A stretch of 64,000 bases of DNA. Source: Verrucomicrobiia bacterium. GTDB taxonomy: Bacteria; Chloroflexota; Dormibacteria; Aeolococcales; Bog-877. The notes under the pieces are model-generated. The model saw nothing but the letters and a program-made list of their open reading frames with translations, was not told the DNA's origin and made no database searches. The translations under genes were made by a program, and so were the position numbers. Positions 9,644-19,890 of this stretch are shown piece after piece; positions within the stretch are counted from its first letter, which is position 1; each line of letters opens with the position of its first letter. The stretch lies in NCBI GenBank assembly GCA_035532155.1, contig DATKRN010000022.1, positions 8,078-72,077 of the forward strand, written 5' to 3'.

Positions 9644-12418
9644 CTACGCCGTTGAGGTGGGCTGCGCCCCCAGCACCGCCTGCGCCGCCGCGAGTCGAGC
9701 CGCCGGCACCCGGAACGGGGAGCAGGAGACGTAATCCAGCCCGATCCGCTCGCAGAGCGTGATCGAGGCCGCGTCGCCGCCGTGCTCTCCGCAGATCCCG
9801 ATCTCGATGTCGGGCCGAGTCGCCCGCCCCTGTTCGACCGCGATCGCCATCAGCTGGCCCACGCCGTCCGGGTCGAGGTGCTCGAACGGATTGGCGGGTA
9901 GCACCCCGTCCCGCACGTACTGGCCGAGGAACTTGCCCTCCGCGTCGTCGCGCGAGACCCCATAGGTCATTTGGGTGAGGTCGTTGGTGCCGAAGGAGAA
10001 GAACTCGGCCGCCTCCGCGATCTGGCCGGCGGTGAGGGCGGCCCGGGGAACTTCGATCATGGTCCCGATCTTGATCGACAGGCGCGTGCTGTGCTCGCCG
10101 GCGACCGCCTGCAGGGTGGCCTCGATCACGGCCCGCGTGCGACGCAGCTCCTCGACGTGACCGACCAGCGGCACCATGATCTCCGGGACCGCGCGAACGC
10201 CGCGGCGACGGAGCTCGCAGGTGGCCTCCGCGATCGCCCGGGTCTGCATCTCGATGATCTCCGGGTAGAGCAGTCCCAGGCGACAGCCGCGCAGGCCCAG
10301 CATCGGATTCTGCTCGCGCAGATCCTCGACCGCCGCCAGCAGCTGCTCGGCGTGCGCCAGCTCGGCGCCGTGCTCGCCTCGCCCGCGGCGCTCCGAGACC
10401 TCGACCAAAAGGGCGTCGTGGTTGGGCAGGAACTCATGCAGCGGCGGGTCGATCAGGCGGATGATCACCGGCAGGCCCCGCATCGCCTCCAGGATCCCGA
10501 TGAAGTCCTGGCGCTGGAAGGGCAGCAGCTCGGCCAGGGCTTCGCGGCGTCCCTGGGGAGTGGCGGCCAGGATCATCGCCTGCACGTGCGGCAGCCGGTC
10601 CTGCTGCATGAACATGTGCTCGGTTCGGCACAGGCCCACACCCCGGGCGCCGAAGTCCCGGGCGCGCCGGGCGTCCTCGGGGGTGTCCGCGTTGGCGAAG
10701 ACGCCCAGCCGGCGGACCCGGTCGGCGAGACTCAGGAGCTGGCGCAGGTCACCCGAGACGGCCGGCTCCACCGTCGGCACCTCCCCCAGGATGACCCGAC
10801 CGGTGGTGCCGTCGAGGGTGAAGACCTCACCCTCGCGCAGGGTCACCCCTCCGGCGGTGAACTGGCGCCGGCGCAGGTCGACGGTCACCGACTCGGCGCC
10901 GGAGACACACGGCTTGCCCATCCCGCGCGCCACCACCGCCGCGTGCGAGGTGCGGCCGCCGCGAGCCGTGAGCACCCCCTCGGCGGCGATCATGCCGTGG
11001 ACGTCGTCGGGGTTGGTCTCCACCCGCACCAGGATGCACGGCGTCCCGGCCCGGGCCATCGCCTCGGCGCGGTCGGCGTCAAACACCGCCGCCCCGGTCG
11101 CCGCCCCCGGGGATGCCGCCAGGCCGGTGGCGAGCACCTGCACCGGGGCCCGGGGGTCGAGGCCGCGATGCAGCAGCTGGTCGATCTGGTCGGGCTCAAC
11201 CCGCAGCAGCGCCTCGTCGCGGGTGATGAGGCGCTCGCGCAGCATGTTCACCGCGATCCGCACCGCCGCCTGGGCGGTGCGCTTGGCGGTGCGCGTCTGG
11301 AGCATGTAGAGATGGCCGCGCTCGATCGTGAACTCCATGTCCTGCACGTCGCGGTAGTGGGCCTCCAGCCGCCGGGCGATCCGCTCGAACTCGCGGTAGA
11401 CCGCCGGCAGCTGCTGGCGCAGGGTCGCGATCGGCTGGGGCGTGCGGATTCCCGCCACCACATCCTCGCCCTGGGCGTTGAGCAGGTACTCGCCGAACAC
11501 ACCGCGCTCCCCGGTGGCGGGGTCGCGGGTGAAGGCGACGCCGGTGCCGGAGGTCTCCCCCATGTTGCCAAACACCATCATCTGGACATTGACCGCGGTG
11601 CCCAGGGTGTGGGGGATGTGGTTGTACTCCCGGTAGGCGATCGCGCGGCGCGTGTTCCAGGAGCGGAACACGGCCCCGATCGCGTGCTCCAGCTGGCGCA
11701 TCGGGTCGTCGGGGAACTCCTCCCCGGTGGCGCTGCGCACCAGCTGACGCATCCGCGCCACCAGCCGCTCCAGCGGGGCCACCCCGAGGTCGGCGTCGGT
11801 GGCGGCGCGGGCGCGTCGCTTGGCCTCGGCGAGCGCCTCCTCGAAGGGTTGCGGGTCCGCCCCCAGCACGATCTTGGCGAAGAGCTGGATGAAGCGACGG
11901 TAGGCGTCGAGCGCGAAGCGGCGGTCGCCGGTCCGCTGGGCGAGCCCCTCCAAGGTGGTGGGGGTGAGCCCGAGGTTCAGCACCGTGTCCATCATCCCGG
12001 GCATGGAGAACGCCGCCCCCGAGCGCACCGAGACCAGCAGCGGATCCGCGGGGTCGGCGAACTGGCGGCCGGCCGCCCGCTCCAGCCACCGCAGTCCCGC
12101 CTGGACCTCCTCCCAGAGCCCGGCGGGGAGCCGGTTGCCCGCCCCCAGGAAGGCCAGGCAGGCCTCGGTCGTGATCGTGAAGCCGGGCGGGACCGGCAGG
12201 CCGGCGCGGGTCATCTCCGCCACCCCGGCGCCCTTGCCTCCGAGCAGCGAACGCATCTCGCGCCCGCCCTCGTCGAACCGCCACACCCAGTGCCGGCCGG
12301 CGCGGGCGCGGGTCCGCCGGGGGGACCCGGCGCCGGCGGGCTCGCGGCTCGGACGGCGGGGACCGGGGCTCTCGGGTCGCTGGGTCGCGCGCTTGGGGGC
12401 CGCCTTGGGCGCCATCAC
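9644..12418 (-). CDS. ppdK: Pyruvate, phosphate dikinase
   Basis: This is the C-terminal ~924 aa of ORF 9644..12835. It carries WVWRFDEGGREMRSLLGGKGAGVAEM, a PEP-utilizing phosphohistidine region, and the TIM-barrel C-terminus ...GICGEHGGD.... The start is chosen at the ATG giving MAPKAAPK; the upstream 139 codons are Arg-rich read-through. Confidence 0.85.
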   Translation of the reverse strand: MMAPKAAPKRATQRPESPGPRRPSREPAGAGSPRRTRARAGRHWVWRFDEGGREMRSLLGGKGAGVAEMTRAGLPVPPGFTITTEACLAFLGAGNRLPAGLWEEVQAGLRWLERAAGRQFADPADPLLVSVRSGAAFSMPGMMDTVLNLGLTPTTLEGLAQRTGDRRFALDAYRRFIQLFAKIVLGADPQPFEEALAEAKRRARAATDADLGVAPLERLVARMRQLVRSATGEEFPDDPMRQLEHAIGAVFRSWNTRRAIAYREYNHIPHTLGTAVNVQMMVFGNMGETSGTGVAFTRDPATGERGVFGEYLLNAQGEDVVAGIRTPQPIATLRQQLPAVYREFERIARRLEAHYRDVQDMEFTIERGHLYMLQTRTAKRTAQAAVRIAVNMLRERLITRDEALLRVEPDQIDQLLHRGLDPRAPVQVLATGLAASPGAATGAAVFDADRAEAMARAGTPCILVRVETNPDDVHGMIAAEGVLTARGGRTSHAAVVARGMGKPCVSGAESVTVDLRRRQFTAGGVTLREGEVFTLDGTTGRVILGEVPTVEPAVSGDLRQLLSLADRVRRLGVFANADTPEDARRARDFGARGVGLCRTEHMFMQQDRLPHVQAMILAATPQGRREALAELLPFQRQDFIGILEAMRGLPVIIRLIDPPLHEFLPNHDALLVEVSERRGRGEHGAELAHAEQLLAAVEDLREQNPMLGLRGCRLGLLYPEIIEMQTRAIAEATCELRRRGVRAVPEIMVPLVGHVEELRRTRAVIEATLQAVAGEHSTRLSIKIGTMIEVPRAALTAGQIAEAAEFFSFGTNDLTQMTYGVSRDDAEGKFLGQYVRDGVLPANPFEHLDPDGVGQLMAIAVEQGRATRPDIEIGICGEHGGDAASITLCERIGLDYVSCSPFRVPAARLAAAQAVLGAQPTSTA

Positions 12419-12657
12419 CTGCCTCCACGCAGAGCCGCTCCACCACCACCGGCAACCGTGAGCGGATCGACCCGCCTTGCGCTGCCTGCTCCCCCGCCGG
12501 CGAGTGTAGCGAAGCGCCGGTCGGCCCCGGGGCAGGGCCCCCGACCGGGAGCGGCCCGAGGCCCCGGCGCCCCGGCGGGCCGATCGGGTTCGGTGCCAGC
12601 GGATCTTGGGCACCGCTCTGACCTCGGACCGTCGCGAGCGGTGGGAGCCCGGCCCGG

Positions 12658-13536
12658 ATGACCGACGGGACCCGCCGGCTGATCGGGGGGTTGACCCTGG
12701 CCGGCCTTCTGATCGGGGTGGGGGCGGGCTCGCGCCGCCGAGCGCCCGCCGACCGGACCGGTGGCTGGCGCCCCCGCTCGGGTCTCGATTCCAGTACCAG
12801 CTCCAGACCTCGTCGTCGCCGGCCCTTGCCGGCACCGGGGGGATCGAAGTCGGGCTCTGCGCCCGCCCCGCCGAGGGTGGCGCCTGCGTCCGACCGCGGG
12901 TCTTTCGGCATCGACGTCTACGGTCCCGATGGGAGGACCCCCAACCGGGCGGCGGTCCGCGCCATCCGCGCCCGGGGCGGCTCTACCATCTGCTACGTGG
13001 ACGCGGGCACGTGGGAGAGCTGGCGTCCCGACGCGGCGCGGTTTCCCCGCCACCTTCGGGGCCGGCCCAACGGGTGGCCGGGGGAGCACCGGCTCGACAT
13101 CCGCCAGACCGGAGAACTGCTGCCGCTGATGGCCGCCCGGGTGGCCCGCTGTCGGAGCGCCGGCTTCGAGGGCGGCGAGGTCGACAATGTCGATGGGTTC
13201 GCCAACGCCACCGGCTTTCCGCTCACCTCCGCCCAGCAGCTCCGCTACAACCGCGACCTGGTCGCGCTCGCCCACCGCCAGGGGCTCGCCGCCGGACTCA
13301 AGCACGACCTCGGACAGGTGCGGGCGCTCCCGCCCGCTGTCGACGTCGCCATCGACGGGCAGTGCGCGCAGTACGCGGAGTGCGATCGTCTCCGGCCCTT
13401 CCTGGCCGCCCACAAGGCCGGGTTCGAGATCGAGTACACCCTGGCCCCCGCTCGCTTCTGCCCGGCCGCCGCGGGACGGAGCGCAGGCGCCAAGCGGCCC
13501 GCCCTGCGCGCCCGGCCGTGGACGCCGTGCCGCTGA
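12658..13536 (+). CDS. Glycoside hydrolase family 114 (endo-alpha-1,4-polygalactosaminidase-like), membrane-anchored
   Basis: ORF carrying ...FGIDVYGPDGRTPNRAAVRAIRARGGSTICYVDAGTWESWRPDA...GFEGGEVDNVDGF...QCAQYAECD.... The N-terminus has a hydrophobic anchor. A WQWQL-like upstream motif (RWLAPPLGSRFQYQLQ) sits in a different frame (ORF 12606..13592), suggesting a possible N-terminal frameshift. Confidence 0.6.
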   Translation: MTDGTRRLIGGLTLAGLLIGVGAGSRRRAPADRTGGWRPRSGLDSSTSSRPRRRRPLPAPGGSKSGSAPAPPRVAPASDRGSFGIDVYGPDGRTPNRAAVRAIRARGGSTICYVDAGTWESWRPDAARFPRHLRGRPNGWPGEHRLDIRQTGELLPLMAARVARCRSAGFEGGEVDNVDGFANATGFPLTSAQQLRYNRDLVALAHRQGLAAGLKHDLGQVRALPPAVDVAIDGQCAQYAECDRLRPFLAAHKAGFEIEYTLAPARFCPAAAGRSAGAKRPALRARPWTPCR

Positions 13537-13588
13537 GGCCGGCCCCGGCCCCCACCGGGGACCGCAGCCCGCTGAAGGCCGCGCCCCG

Positions 13589-14926
13589 ATGATGGCCACC
13601 GCCCGCTCGCCGGATGACGGCCGACCGCTGGCGCTCGACCTCTTGCCCGACACCGCCGAGGTGACCCCATCGGGGGAGCTGCGGGTGGGAGGCGTCGACC
13701 TCCTGGAGGTGGCGCGGATCGTGGGCACGCCCTGCTATGTCTACGACGAGGCCACCCTGTGGGCCCGCTGTCGGGCCACGGTGCAGGCCTGGCCCGGCGG
13801 CGCCGCCTACTCGTCGAAGGCGTTCAGCTGCGTCGCGATGGACCGGCTGGCTGCCGGGGCGGGGCTGCGGGTGGATGTCGCCAGCCTGGGCGAGCTCCAG
13901 GTCGCCCTCGCCGCCGAGGTGGCGCCCGAGTTGATCGTCTGCCACGGCAACAACAAGTCCGACGCCGAGCTCCAGCTGGCGCTCGCCCGGGGCGTGGGGC
14001 GGATCGTGGTCGACTCGTTCGACGAGATCGATCGGCTCGAGCGGCTGGTCGCGGCGGGACCGTACTCAGCCCCCGGGGTGTGGTTGCGGGTGACCCCAGG
14101 GGTGGACCCCCACACCCATCGGGCGGTGGCGACCGGGCAGCTCGACTCCAAGTTCGGGCTGCCGGTGGACGGCGGCCTGGCGGACGCCGCCTTGGACCGC
14201 CTGGCCCGCTCGCGCCGGCTGCGCCTGGTGGGCCTGCACACCCACATCGGCAGCCAGGTGGTCGAGCTGGAGCCCTTCCGGGTCGCCGCCCAGCGGGTGG
14301 CCCGGGTCGCGGTCGCGCGCCGGCTCGCCGAGCTCTGCCTGGGGGGCGGACTCGGGGTCGCGTCGGTGACCGGCGAGCTTGTGCCCACCCTCTCCGACTG
14401 GGCCGAGGCCGGCGAGCGCGGCTGCCGGGAGGCGGGGCTTCCCCACGATATCCACCCATCCGCGGAATTCGGGCGGGCGGTGGTGGCCCGGGCGGGCCTC
14501 ACCCTCTACACGGTGGGGACGATCAAGCGGCTCCCCCACGGGCGCACCTTCGTGTCGGTCGACGGGGGGATGGGCGACAACCCCCGACCCGCGCTCTACG
14601 GCAGTCGCTACGAGGCGTTCCTGCCCCGCGACCCCTTGGCCCCCCGCGGGCTGCCGGCCGATGTGGTTGGCCATCACTGCGAGTCCGGCGACGTGCTGGT
14701 CCGGGACGGGTGGCTGCCGCGGGACACAAAGGTGGGCGACTGCCTGGCGGTGCCGGTGACCGGTGCCTACGCTCACGCCATGGCGTCGACCTACAACCGG
14801 GTGCCCCGGCCCCCGGTGGTGTTCCTCGCCGAGGGCCGGGTCCGCCAGGTGGTTCGGCGCGAGACGGTGGAGGACATCCTGCGGCTGGAATCGGATCTGC
14901 AGCTGGCGCGGGGCGCCCGCGGCTGA
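13589..14926 (+). CDS. lysA: Diaminopimelate decarboxylase
   Basis: This is the C-terminal 445 aa of ORF 13187..14926. It is a PLP-dependent fold III decarboxylase (...CYVYDEATL...YSSKAF...HTHIGSQ...GGGLGV...CESGD...). ATG at 13589 with a GAAGG RBS. Confidence 0.85.
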   Translation: MMATARSPDDGRPLALDLLPDTAEVTPSGELRVGGVDLLEVARIVGTPCYVYDEATLWARCRATVQAWPGGAAYSSKAFSCVAMDRLAAGAGLRVDVASLGELQVALAAEVAPELIVCHGNNKSDAELQLALARGVGRIVVDSFDEIDRLERLVAAGPYSAPGVWLRVTPGVDPHTHRAVATGQLDSKFGLPVDGGLADAALDRLARSRRLRLVGLHTHIGSQVVELEPFRVAAQRVARVAVARRLAELCLGGGLGVASVTGELVPTLSDWAEAGERGCREAGLPHDIHPSAEFGRAVVARAGLTLYTVGTIKRLPHGRTFVSVDGGMGDNPRPALYGSRYEAFLPRDPLAPRGLPADVVGHHCESGDVLVRDGWLPRDTKVGDCLAVPVTGAYAHAMASTYNRVPRPPVVFLAEGRVRQVVRRETVEDILRLESDLQLARGARG

Positions 14927-15044
14927 CCCTCGCGGGCAGCCGCAGGCGCGGACGGGACCGCCGGGACCGGTGCTACTGTGATTACATCGGCACCCCGGCG
15001 GTGGCGATCAGGAATGCACGTCCACCCGCCTGAGGATCCGCTCG

Positions 15045-16943
15045 ATGGGCATGCACGCAGGGGCCAGCGGACACGGAGGGGCGGGACGGTTTGCCCGCGG
15101 GGTCGGGCGCGGTCCCCAGCCCCAGGACCTGCGCCCGGTGCGACGCAGCACCGTGCTCCGGGTGGCGCGGCTGTTCCAGGCCTACCGTCGCCAGGTCCTG
15201 ATCGTGCTCCTGATCCTGGTGGTGGTGGCGCTGCTGGGGGTGGTCAACCCCTACATGCTGAAGCTCATCATCGACGTCGCGTTCCTCCACCACAGCATGC
15301 GGCTGCTGCTGATCTTCGTCGCCATCATGCTGATCACGCCGGTGATCAGCACCGCCCTGGGGGTGTGGCAGACCTATCTCAACGCGATCGTGGGCCAGCG
15401 GGTGATGCAGGACCTGCGGCTCGCCCTCTACACCCACCTGCAGCGGCTGCCGCTGCGCTTCTTCACCGCCACCCGTACCGGCGAGATCCAGTCGCGCCTC
15501 GCCAACGACATCGGCGGGGTCGACAGCGTGATCACCAACACCGCGACCTCGATCGTCTCCAACCTGACCCGCGCCGCGGCCACGATCGTGGGCATGCTGG
15601 TGCTCAGCTGGCAGCTGACCGCGCTCTCGCTGGCGCTGCTGCCGGTGTTCCTCTACGTCACCGTGCGGGTCGGCGAGGTTCGCCGCCGGGTCAGCGGCGA
15701 GACCCAAGAGACCCTGGCCGACCTCTCCGCGCTCGCCGAGGAGACGCTCTCGGTGAGCGGCATCCTGCTCACCAAGGTCTTCGGGCGCGAGTCGTTCGCG
15801 CGCCAGCGCTACGCTCGCGAGACCGGCCGCCTCACCCAGCTGATGATCCGCCAGCAGATGGTGGGACGCTGGTTCTTCGGGTTCATCTCGACCTTCTTCT
15901 CGATCATCCCCGCGCTGGTCTATCTCGCCGCCGGGGCGATGCTGTTCGGCTCCCACCCCGCCGGGCATGCGGCCTTCGCCACCAGCGGGGCCGACTCCAT
16001 CGGCACGATCGTGGCCTTCACCACGCTCCAGTCGGGGCTCTTCTTCCCGCTCGGCCAGCTGCTCAACATCCAGGTGGAGATCCAGGGCGCCTTCGCCCTC
16101 TTCGACCGCATCTTCGAGTACATCGACATCCCCCTCGAGATCACCGAGCGTCCCGGGGCGCTGGCGATCCCCAGCCAGGAGATCCGGGGGGCGGTGAGCT
16201 TCGAGCACGTACGCTTCCACTACCAGCCGGGCCAGGGCGTGGCCGCGATCGACGAGGTCTCGTTTCGCGCCGAGCCCGGCCAGCTGGTCGCGCTGGTGGG
16301 TCCCAGCGGGGCCGGCAAGACCACCCTCACCTACCTGCTCGCCCGCCTCTACGACGTCGACGCCGGACACGTGCGGGTGGACGGACACGACCTCCGCGAC
16401 CTCACCTTGGCCACCGTCCAGGGGGCGATGGCGATCGTGACCCAGGAGGTGTTTCTCTTCCACAGCACGATCCGCGAGAACCTGCTGGTGGGCAAGCCCG
16501 ACGCCACCGCCGAGGAGGTGGAGGCGGCCGGCCGCGCCGCCGCCATCCATGACCGGATCATGGAGCTGCCCCAGGGCTACGACACGGTCGCCGGCGAGCG
16601 CGGGTATCGGCTGAGCGGGGGCGAGAAGCAACGGATCGCGCTCGCCCGGGCGATCCTCAAGGACCCCCGGATCCTGGTGCTGGACGAGGCCACCTCCGCG
16701 CTCGACACTCACAGCGAGCGGCTGGTCCAAACCGCCCTCGACCGGCTGATGGCGGGCCGGACCACCCTGGCGATCGCCCACCGTCTCTCCACCGTGATGG
16801 CGGCCGACCAGATCCTGATGCTGGAGCGGGGCCGGATCGTGGAGCGCGGCACCCATGCCCAGCTGCTGGCCGCGAACGGCGCCTACAGCCGACTGTACCT
16901 CAGCCAGTTCGCCGGCCAACCGAGCGAGGCCGCCGCCAGCTGA
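15045..16943 (+). CDS. ABC transporter, fused permease/ATP-binding exporter (MsbA/MdlB-like)
   Basis: Six TM helices followed by Walker A GPSGAGKTT, signature LSGGEKQRIALARA, and Walker B ILVLDEATSALD. The true start may be an internal start codon. Confidence 0.85.
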   Translation: MGMHAGASGHGGAGRFARGVGRGPQPQDLRPVRRSTVLRVARLFQAYRRQVLIVLLILVVVALLGVVNPYMLKLIIDVAFLHHSMRLLLIFVAIMLITPVISTALGVWQTYLNAIVGQRVMQDLRLALYTHLQRLPLRFFTATRTGEIQSRLANDIGGVDSVITNTATSIVSNLTRAAATIVGMLVLSWQLTALSLALLPVFLYVTVRVGEVRRRVSGETQETLADLSALAEETLSVSGILLTKVFGRESFARQRYARETGRLTQLMIRQQMVGRWFFGFISTFFSIIPALVYLAAGAMLFGSHPAGHAAFATSGADSIGTIVAFTTLQSGLFFPLGQLLNIQVEIQGAFALFDRIFEYIDIPLEITERPGALAIPSQEIRGAVSFEHVRFHYQPGQGVAAIDEVSFRAEPGQLVALVGPSGAGKTTLTYLLARLYDVDAGHVRVDGHDLRDLTLATVQGAMAIVTQEVFLFHSTIRENLLVGKPDATAEEVEAAGRAAAIHDRIMELPQGYDTVAGERGYRLSGGEKQRIALARAILKDPRILVLDEATSALDTHSERLVQTALDRLMAGRTTLAIAHRLSTVMAADQILMLERGRIVERGTHAQLLAANGAYSRLYLSQFAGQPSEAAAS

Positions 16944-16945
16944 GC

Positions 16946-16962
16946 GGGCCGCCCCGCGGCCC
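16946..16962. terminator. GC hairpin (GGGCCG-ccccg-CGGCCC) between the convergent ABC exporter and glyQS
   Basis: Read directly in the 30-bp convergent intergenic gap. Confidence 0.25.
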
Positions 16963-16973
16963 GGACGCCGGGG

Positions 16974-18323
16974 TCAGGGCTCGAGCCCGAGCCGCTCCCG
17001 GCACACCTCGACCAGGCGGTCGAGCCCGACCCGCACCTGGGCCATGCTGTCGCGCTCGCGGATGGTGGCAGCCCGGTCGCTCAGGCTGTCGAAATCCACC
17101 GTGACGCACAGGGGCGTGCCGATCTCGTCCTGGCGCCGATAGCGCCGGCCGATCGACTGGGTCTCGTCGTAGTCGGTGGCGAGCACGCGGCGCAGGTCGG
17201 CCTCCACCGCCCGGGCGGGCCCGACCAGGTCAGTGTGCTTGGAGAGGGGCAGCACCGCCACCTGGTAGGGAGCCACCGATGGCGCCAGCCGGAGCACCAC
17301 CCGGCGCTCGCCGCGCACCTCCTCCTCGGCGTAGGCGTCGAGCAGGACGGTGAGCGCAGTGCGATCGACTCCCACCGCCGGCTCGACCACGAACGGCAGC
17401 AGCGGCTGACCGGTGGCGGGGTCGGGGACGGCGAGGTCCTTGCCGCTCACCTCCTGGTGGCGGCGGAGGTCGTAGTCCCCCCGCCGCGCGATCCCCTCCA
17501 ACTCCCCCCATCCGAATGGGAAGCGGTACTCGATGTCGCTGGCGCCGAGGGCGTAGTGGGCCAGTTCCGCGGGCGCGTGGGGCCGCAGCCGCAGGTTCTC
17601 AGGGCGGATCCCGAGCTGACTGAACCACTCCATCTGGTCGTGGCACCAGTACTCGAACCACGGCTCGTCCTCACCCGGCGCGCAGAACCACTCCATCTCC
17701 ATCTGCTCGAACTCGCGCGAGCGGAAGATGAAGTTTCCCGGCGAGATCTCATTGCGGAAGCTGCGCCCGATCTGGGCGATTCCGAAGGGGAGCCGCTGGC
17801 GAGCGCTCTGGAGAACATTCTTGAAGTTGACAAACATCCCCTGCGCCGTCTCCGGACGCAGATAGACTCGGGTGCTGTCGTCCTCCACCGGGCCCACGAA
17901 GGTCTTGAACATGAGGTTGAACCGGCGCACCACCGAGAGCGGTCCGCCGCAGTGGGGACAGCGATCCCCCTCGAGCTGGTCCTGGCGCCACCGCATGTGG
18001 CAGCTGCCCAGGCAGTCCACCAGGGGGTCGGTGAAGGCATCGACGTGGCCCGAGGCGACCCAGACACGGGGGTTCATCAGGATCGCGCACTCGATGCCCT
18101 CGACGTCCGGGCGCAGCTCGACCACGCGGCGCCACCAGGACTCGCGCACGTTGCGCCGCAGCCTCACCCCCAAGGGTCCGTAGTCCCAGACCGCATTGAG
18201 GCCGCCGTAGATCTCGCTGCTGGGGAAGACGAACCCCCGTCGCTTGGCCAGCGACGTCAGCTTCTCGATCACGCTCTGGCCCCCGCCCACGGGGGGGGGC
18301 AGCGGCTCGGTCGCGTCGGTCAC
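16974..18323 (-). CDS. glyQS: Glycine--tRNA ligase (class II, alpha2 type)
   Basis: ...IEKLTSLAKRRGFVFPSSEIYGGL..., class II motifs, and an anticodon-binding C-terminus. A GTG start at 18323 is preceded by GGAGGAG. Upstream in-frame codons are Ala/Pro-rich read-through. Confidence 0.85.
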   Translation of the reverse strand: MTDATEPLPPPVGGGQSVIEKLTSLAKRRGFVFPSSEIYGGLNAVWDYGPLGVRLRRNVRESWWRRVVELRPDVEGIECAILMNPRVWVASGHVDAFTDPLVDCLGSCHMRWRQDQLEGDRCPHCGGPLSVVRRFNLMFKTFVGPVEDDSTRVYLRPETAQGMFVNFKNVLQSARQRLPFGIAQIGRSFRNEISPGNFIFRSREFEQMEMEWFCAPGEDEPWFEYWCHDQMEWFSQLGIRPENLRLRPHAPAELAHYALGASDIEYRFPFGWGELEGIARRGDYDLRRHQEVSGKDLAVPDPATGQPLLPFVVEPAVGVDRTALTVLLDAYAEEEVRGERRVVLRLAPSVAPYQVAVLPLSKHTDLVGPARAVEADLRRVLATDYDETQSIGRRYRRQDEIGTPLCVTVDFDSLSDRAATIRERDSMAQVRVGLDRLVEVCRERLGLEP

Positions 18324-18399
18324 GGGCTCCTCCAGCTGCGCCGGCCGACCGGCTGCCACCGGGGCGCCATTGTACGGGCTCGTCTCCCCCCGGGCGGCC

Positions 18400-19800
18400 T
18401 CAGTGGCGGTAAAGGCGCTCCGCCAGGGTGCGGCCGGAGGGCGGGCGCCCGCTGCGGTCGGCACGCCGGTCCACCGCCAGCAGCGCGCGCTGTATATAGC
18501 GGACGCCGGCGAAGCGCAGCGGCTCCGGCTCCCACCGCGGCGAGCGGTGGCCGATGTAGGCGAGGCCGGTACGCTCCGACTCGCGGCCCAAAGCCAGCTC
18601 GGCTACGGTGCGCCCGAAGAGGTTGGTGGTGCTGACCCCGTCGCCGACGTACCCGCCGGCCACGATCACGCCGCCCGCCCGGTCGTGCCGAATGGCGGGA
18701 GTGAAATCGCGGGGGACTCCGACCACGCCCGCCCACCCGTGGGTGAAGCGCGCCTGGGCCAGTGCCGGAAACCAGCGACGCGCCTGGGCCTGGAGGCGAC
18801 CCTGGGTGCGCCGGTCGCGCTCCATGTGGGCGGGGATGCGCGAGCCGTAGTGATAGGGAGCTCCCCGTCCGCCGAAGAGGATCCGGTCGTCCGCGGTGCG
18901 CTGCAGGTAGTCGACCGCCAAGTGGTAGGAGGAGAGGCATTCGGCCCCGCTCCATCCGATCTCGCGCCACAGCGACGGCGCGAGCGGTTCGGTGAGCACG
19001 ATCGTCGATGTCATCGGCAGCAGACGCCGGCGGAATCCGGGCAGACCCACGCCGTAGGCCTCGGCGGCGACCACCACGGTGGCGGCGCTGATCCGCCCCC
19101 GGGCGGTGCGCAGGGCCGCCGGCCGCCCGGGCTCGACCGCCTCCACCCGCGTGTGCTCCAGGATGCGCCCGCCGAGCCGCTCCACGGTGCGCGCCAGCTG
19201 GCGGACCAGGCGCCCGGGGTGGATCCGAGCGCACTGGGGGTGGAGCACCGCGCCGATGGCACCGGGGATCCGAACCCGCTGGGCCAGCTCGACCGCGTCC
19301 AGCACCCGCCGGCCGTCGCCGGGACGGGAGCCGATCGCCTCCGCCTCCAGCAGGGGTCGGTGCTGAGGACCGAGGGCGATGTGGAGCGCCCCCACCTTGC
19401 GAAAGTGGCAGTCGATCCCCTCCCGCTCCGCCACCCGGCCCACCTCGTCGACGGCGTCGCCGAGGTGGCTCATCAGCCGCCGGGCGGCGTCCGGTCCGTG
19501 TCGCTGGGCCAGCTGAGCCTCCTCCACCGGATAGAAGGCACTGCACCAGCCGCCGTTGCGTCCCGAGGCGCCGTAGCCGGCGATCTCCTGCTCCACCACC
19601 GTCACCTGCAGCTGAGGATCCAGCTGCAGCAGGTAGTAGGCGGTCCACAGCCCGGTGAACCCGCCCCCGAGGATCGCGACGTCGCACCGGACATCGCCGT
19701 CCACTCCCGGGCGGGGGGTGAGATCGTCGGCAGCGGTCGCCAACCAGAAGCTCTGCTGGGTGTAGTCGGTGAGCATGGGCGTCCCCTCGATGGTGGGCAC
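18400..19800 (-). CDS. FAD-dependent oxidoreductase (DadA/gamma-glutamylputrescine-oxidase-like)
   Basis: N-terminal Rossmann fold DVAILGGGFTGLWTAYYL...GRNGGW, with an amine-oxidase-like remainder. Confidence 0.75.
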   Translation of the reverse strand: MPTIEGTPMLTDYTQQSFWLATAADDLTPRPGVDGDVRCDVAILGGGFTGLWTAYYLLQLDPQLQVTVVEQEIAGYGASGRNGGWCSAFYPVEEAQLAQRHGPDAARRLMSHLGDAVDEVGRVAEREGIDCHFRKVGALHIALGPQHRPLLEAEAIGSRPGDGRRVLDAVELAQRVRIPGAIGAVLHPQCARIHPGRLVRQLARTVERLGGRILEHTRVEAVEPGRPAALRTARGRISAATVVVAAEAYGVGLPGFRRRLLPMTSTIVLTEPLAPSLWREIGWSGAECLSSYHLAVDYLQRTADDRILFGGRGAPYHYGSRIPAHMERDRRTQGRLQAQARRWFPALAQARFTHGWAGVVGVPRDFTPAIRHDRAGGVIVAGGYVGDGVSTTNLFGRTVAELALGRESERTGLAYIGHRSPRWEPEPLRFAGVRYIQRALLAVDRRADRSGRPPSGRTLAERLYRH

Positions 19801-19890
19801 CGCGCGGGGTCACGGTCGCCCAGCCGGTGACGCCCGATCCCGGCGGCGGGGGGGCGCCGCGGGCAGCCGCCCGCGGCGCCCGGCCCCGGG

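Noticed and set aside
9644-12911. An N-terminal 139-codon extension of the ppdK ORF, and overlapping ORFs (9971..12661 + 896 aa, 11196..12911 - 571 aa, 10422..11309 + 295 aa)
   Set aside because: The PPDK homology begins at WVWRFDEGG. The upstream codons and the other frames are Arg/Pro/Gly-rich artefacts on or opposite a real gene.
18285-18296. A G9/C9 homopolymer inside glyQS as a phase-variation tract
   Set aside because: It encodes an in-frame PLPPPVGG segment of an intact essential gene. It is more likely just a sequencing-error-prone run than a contingency locus.
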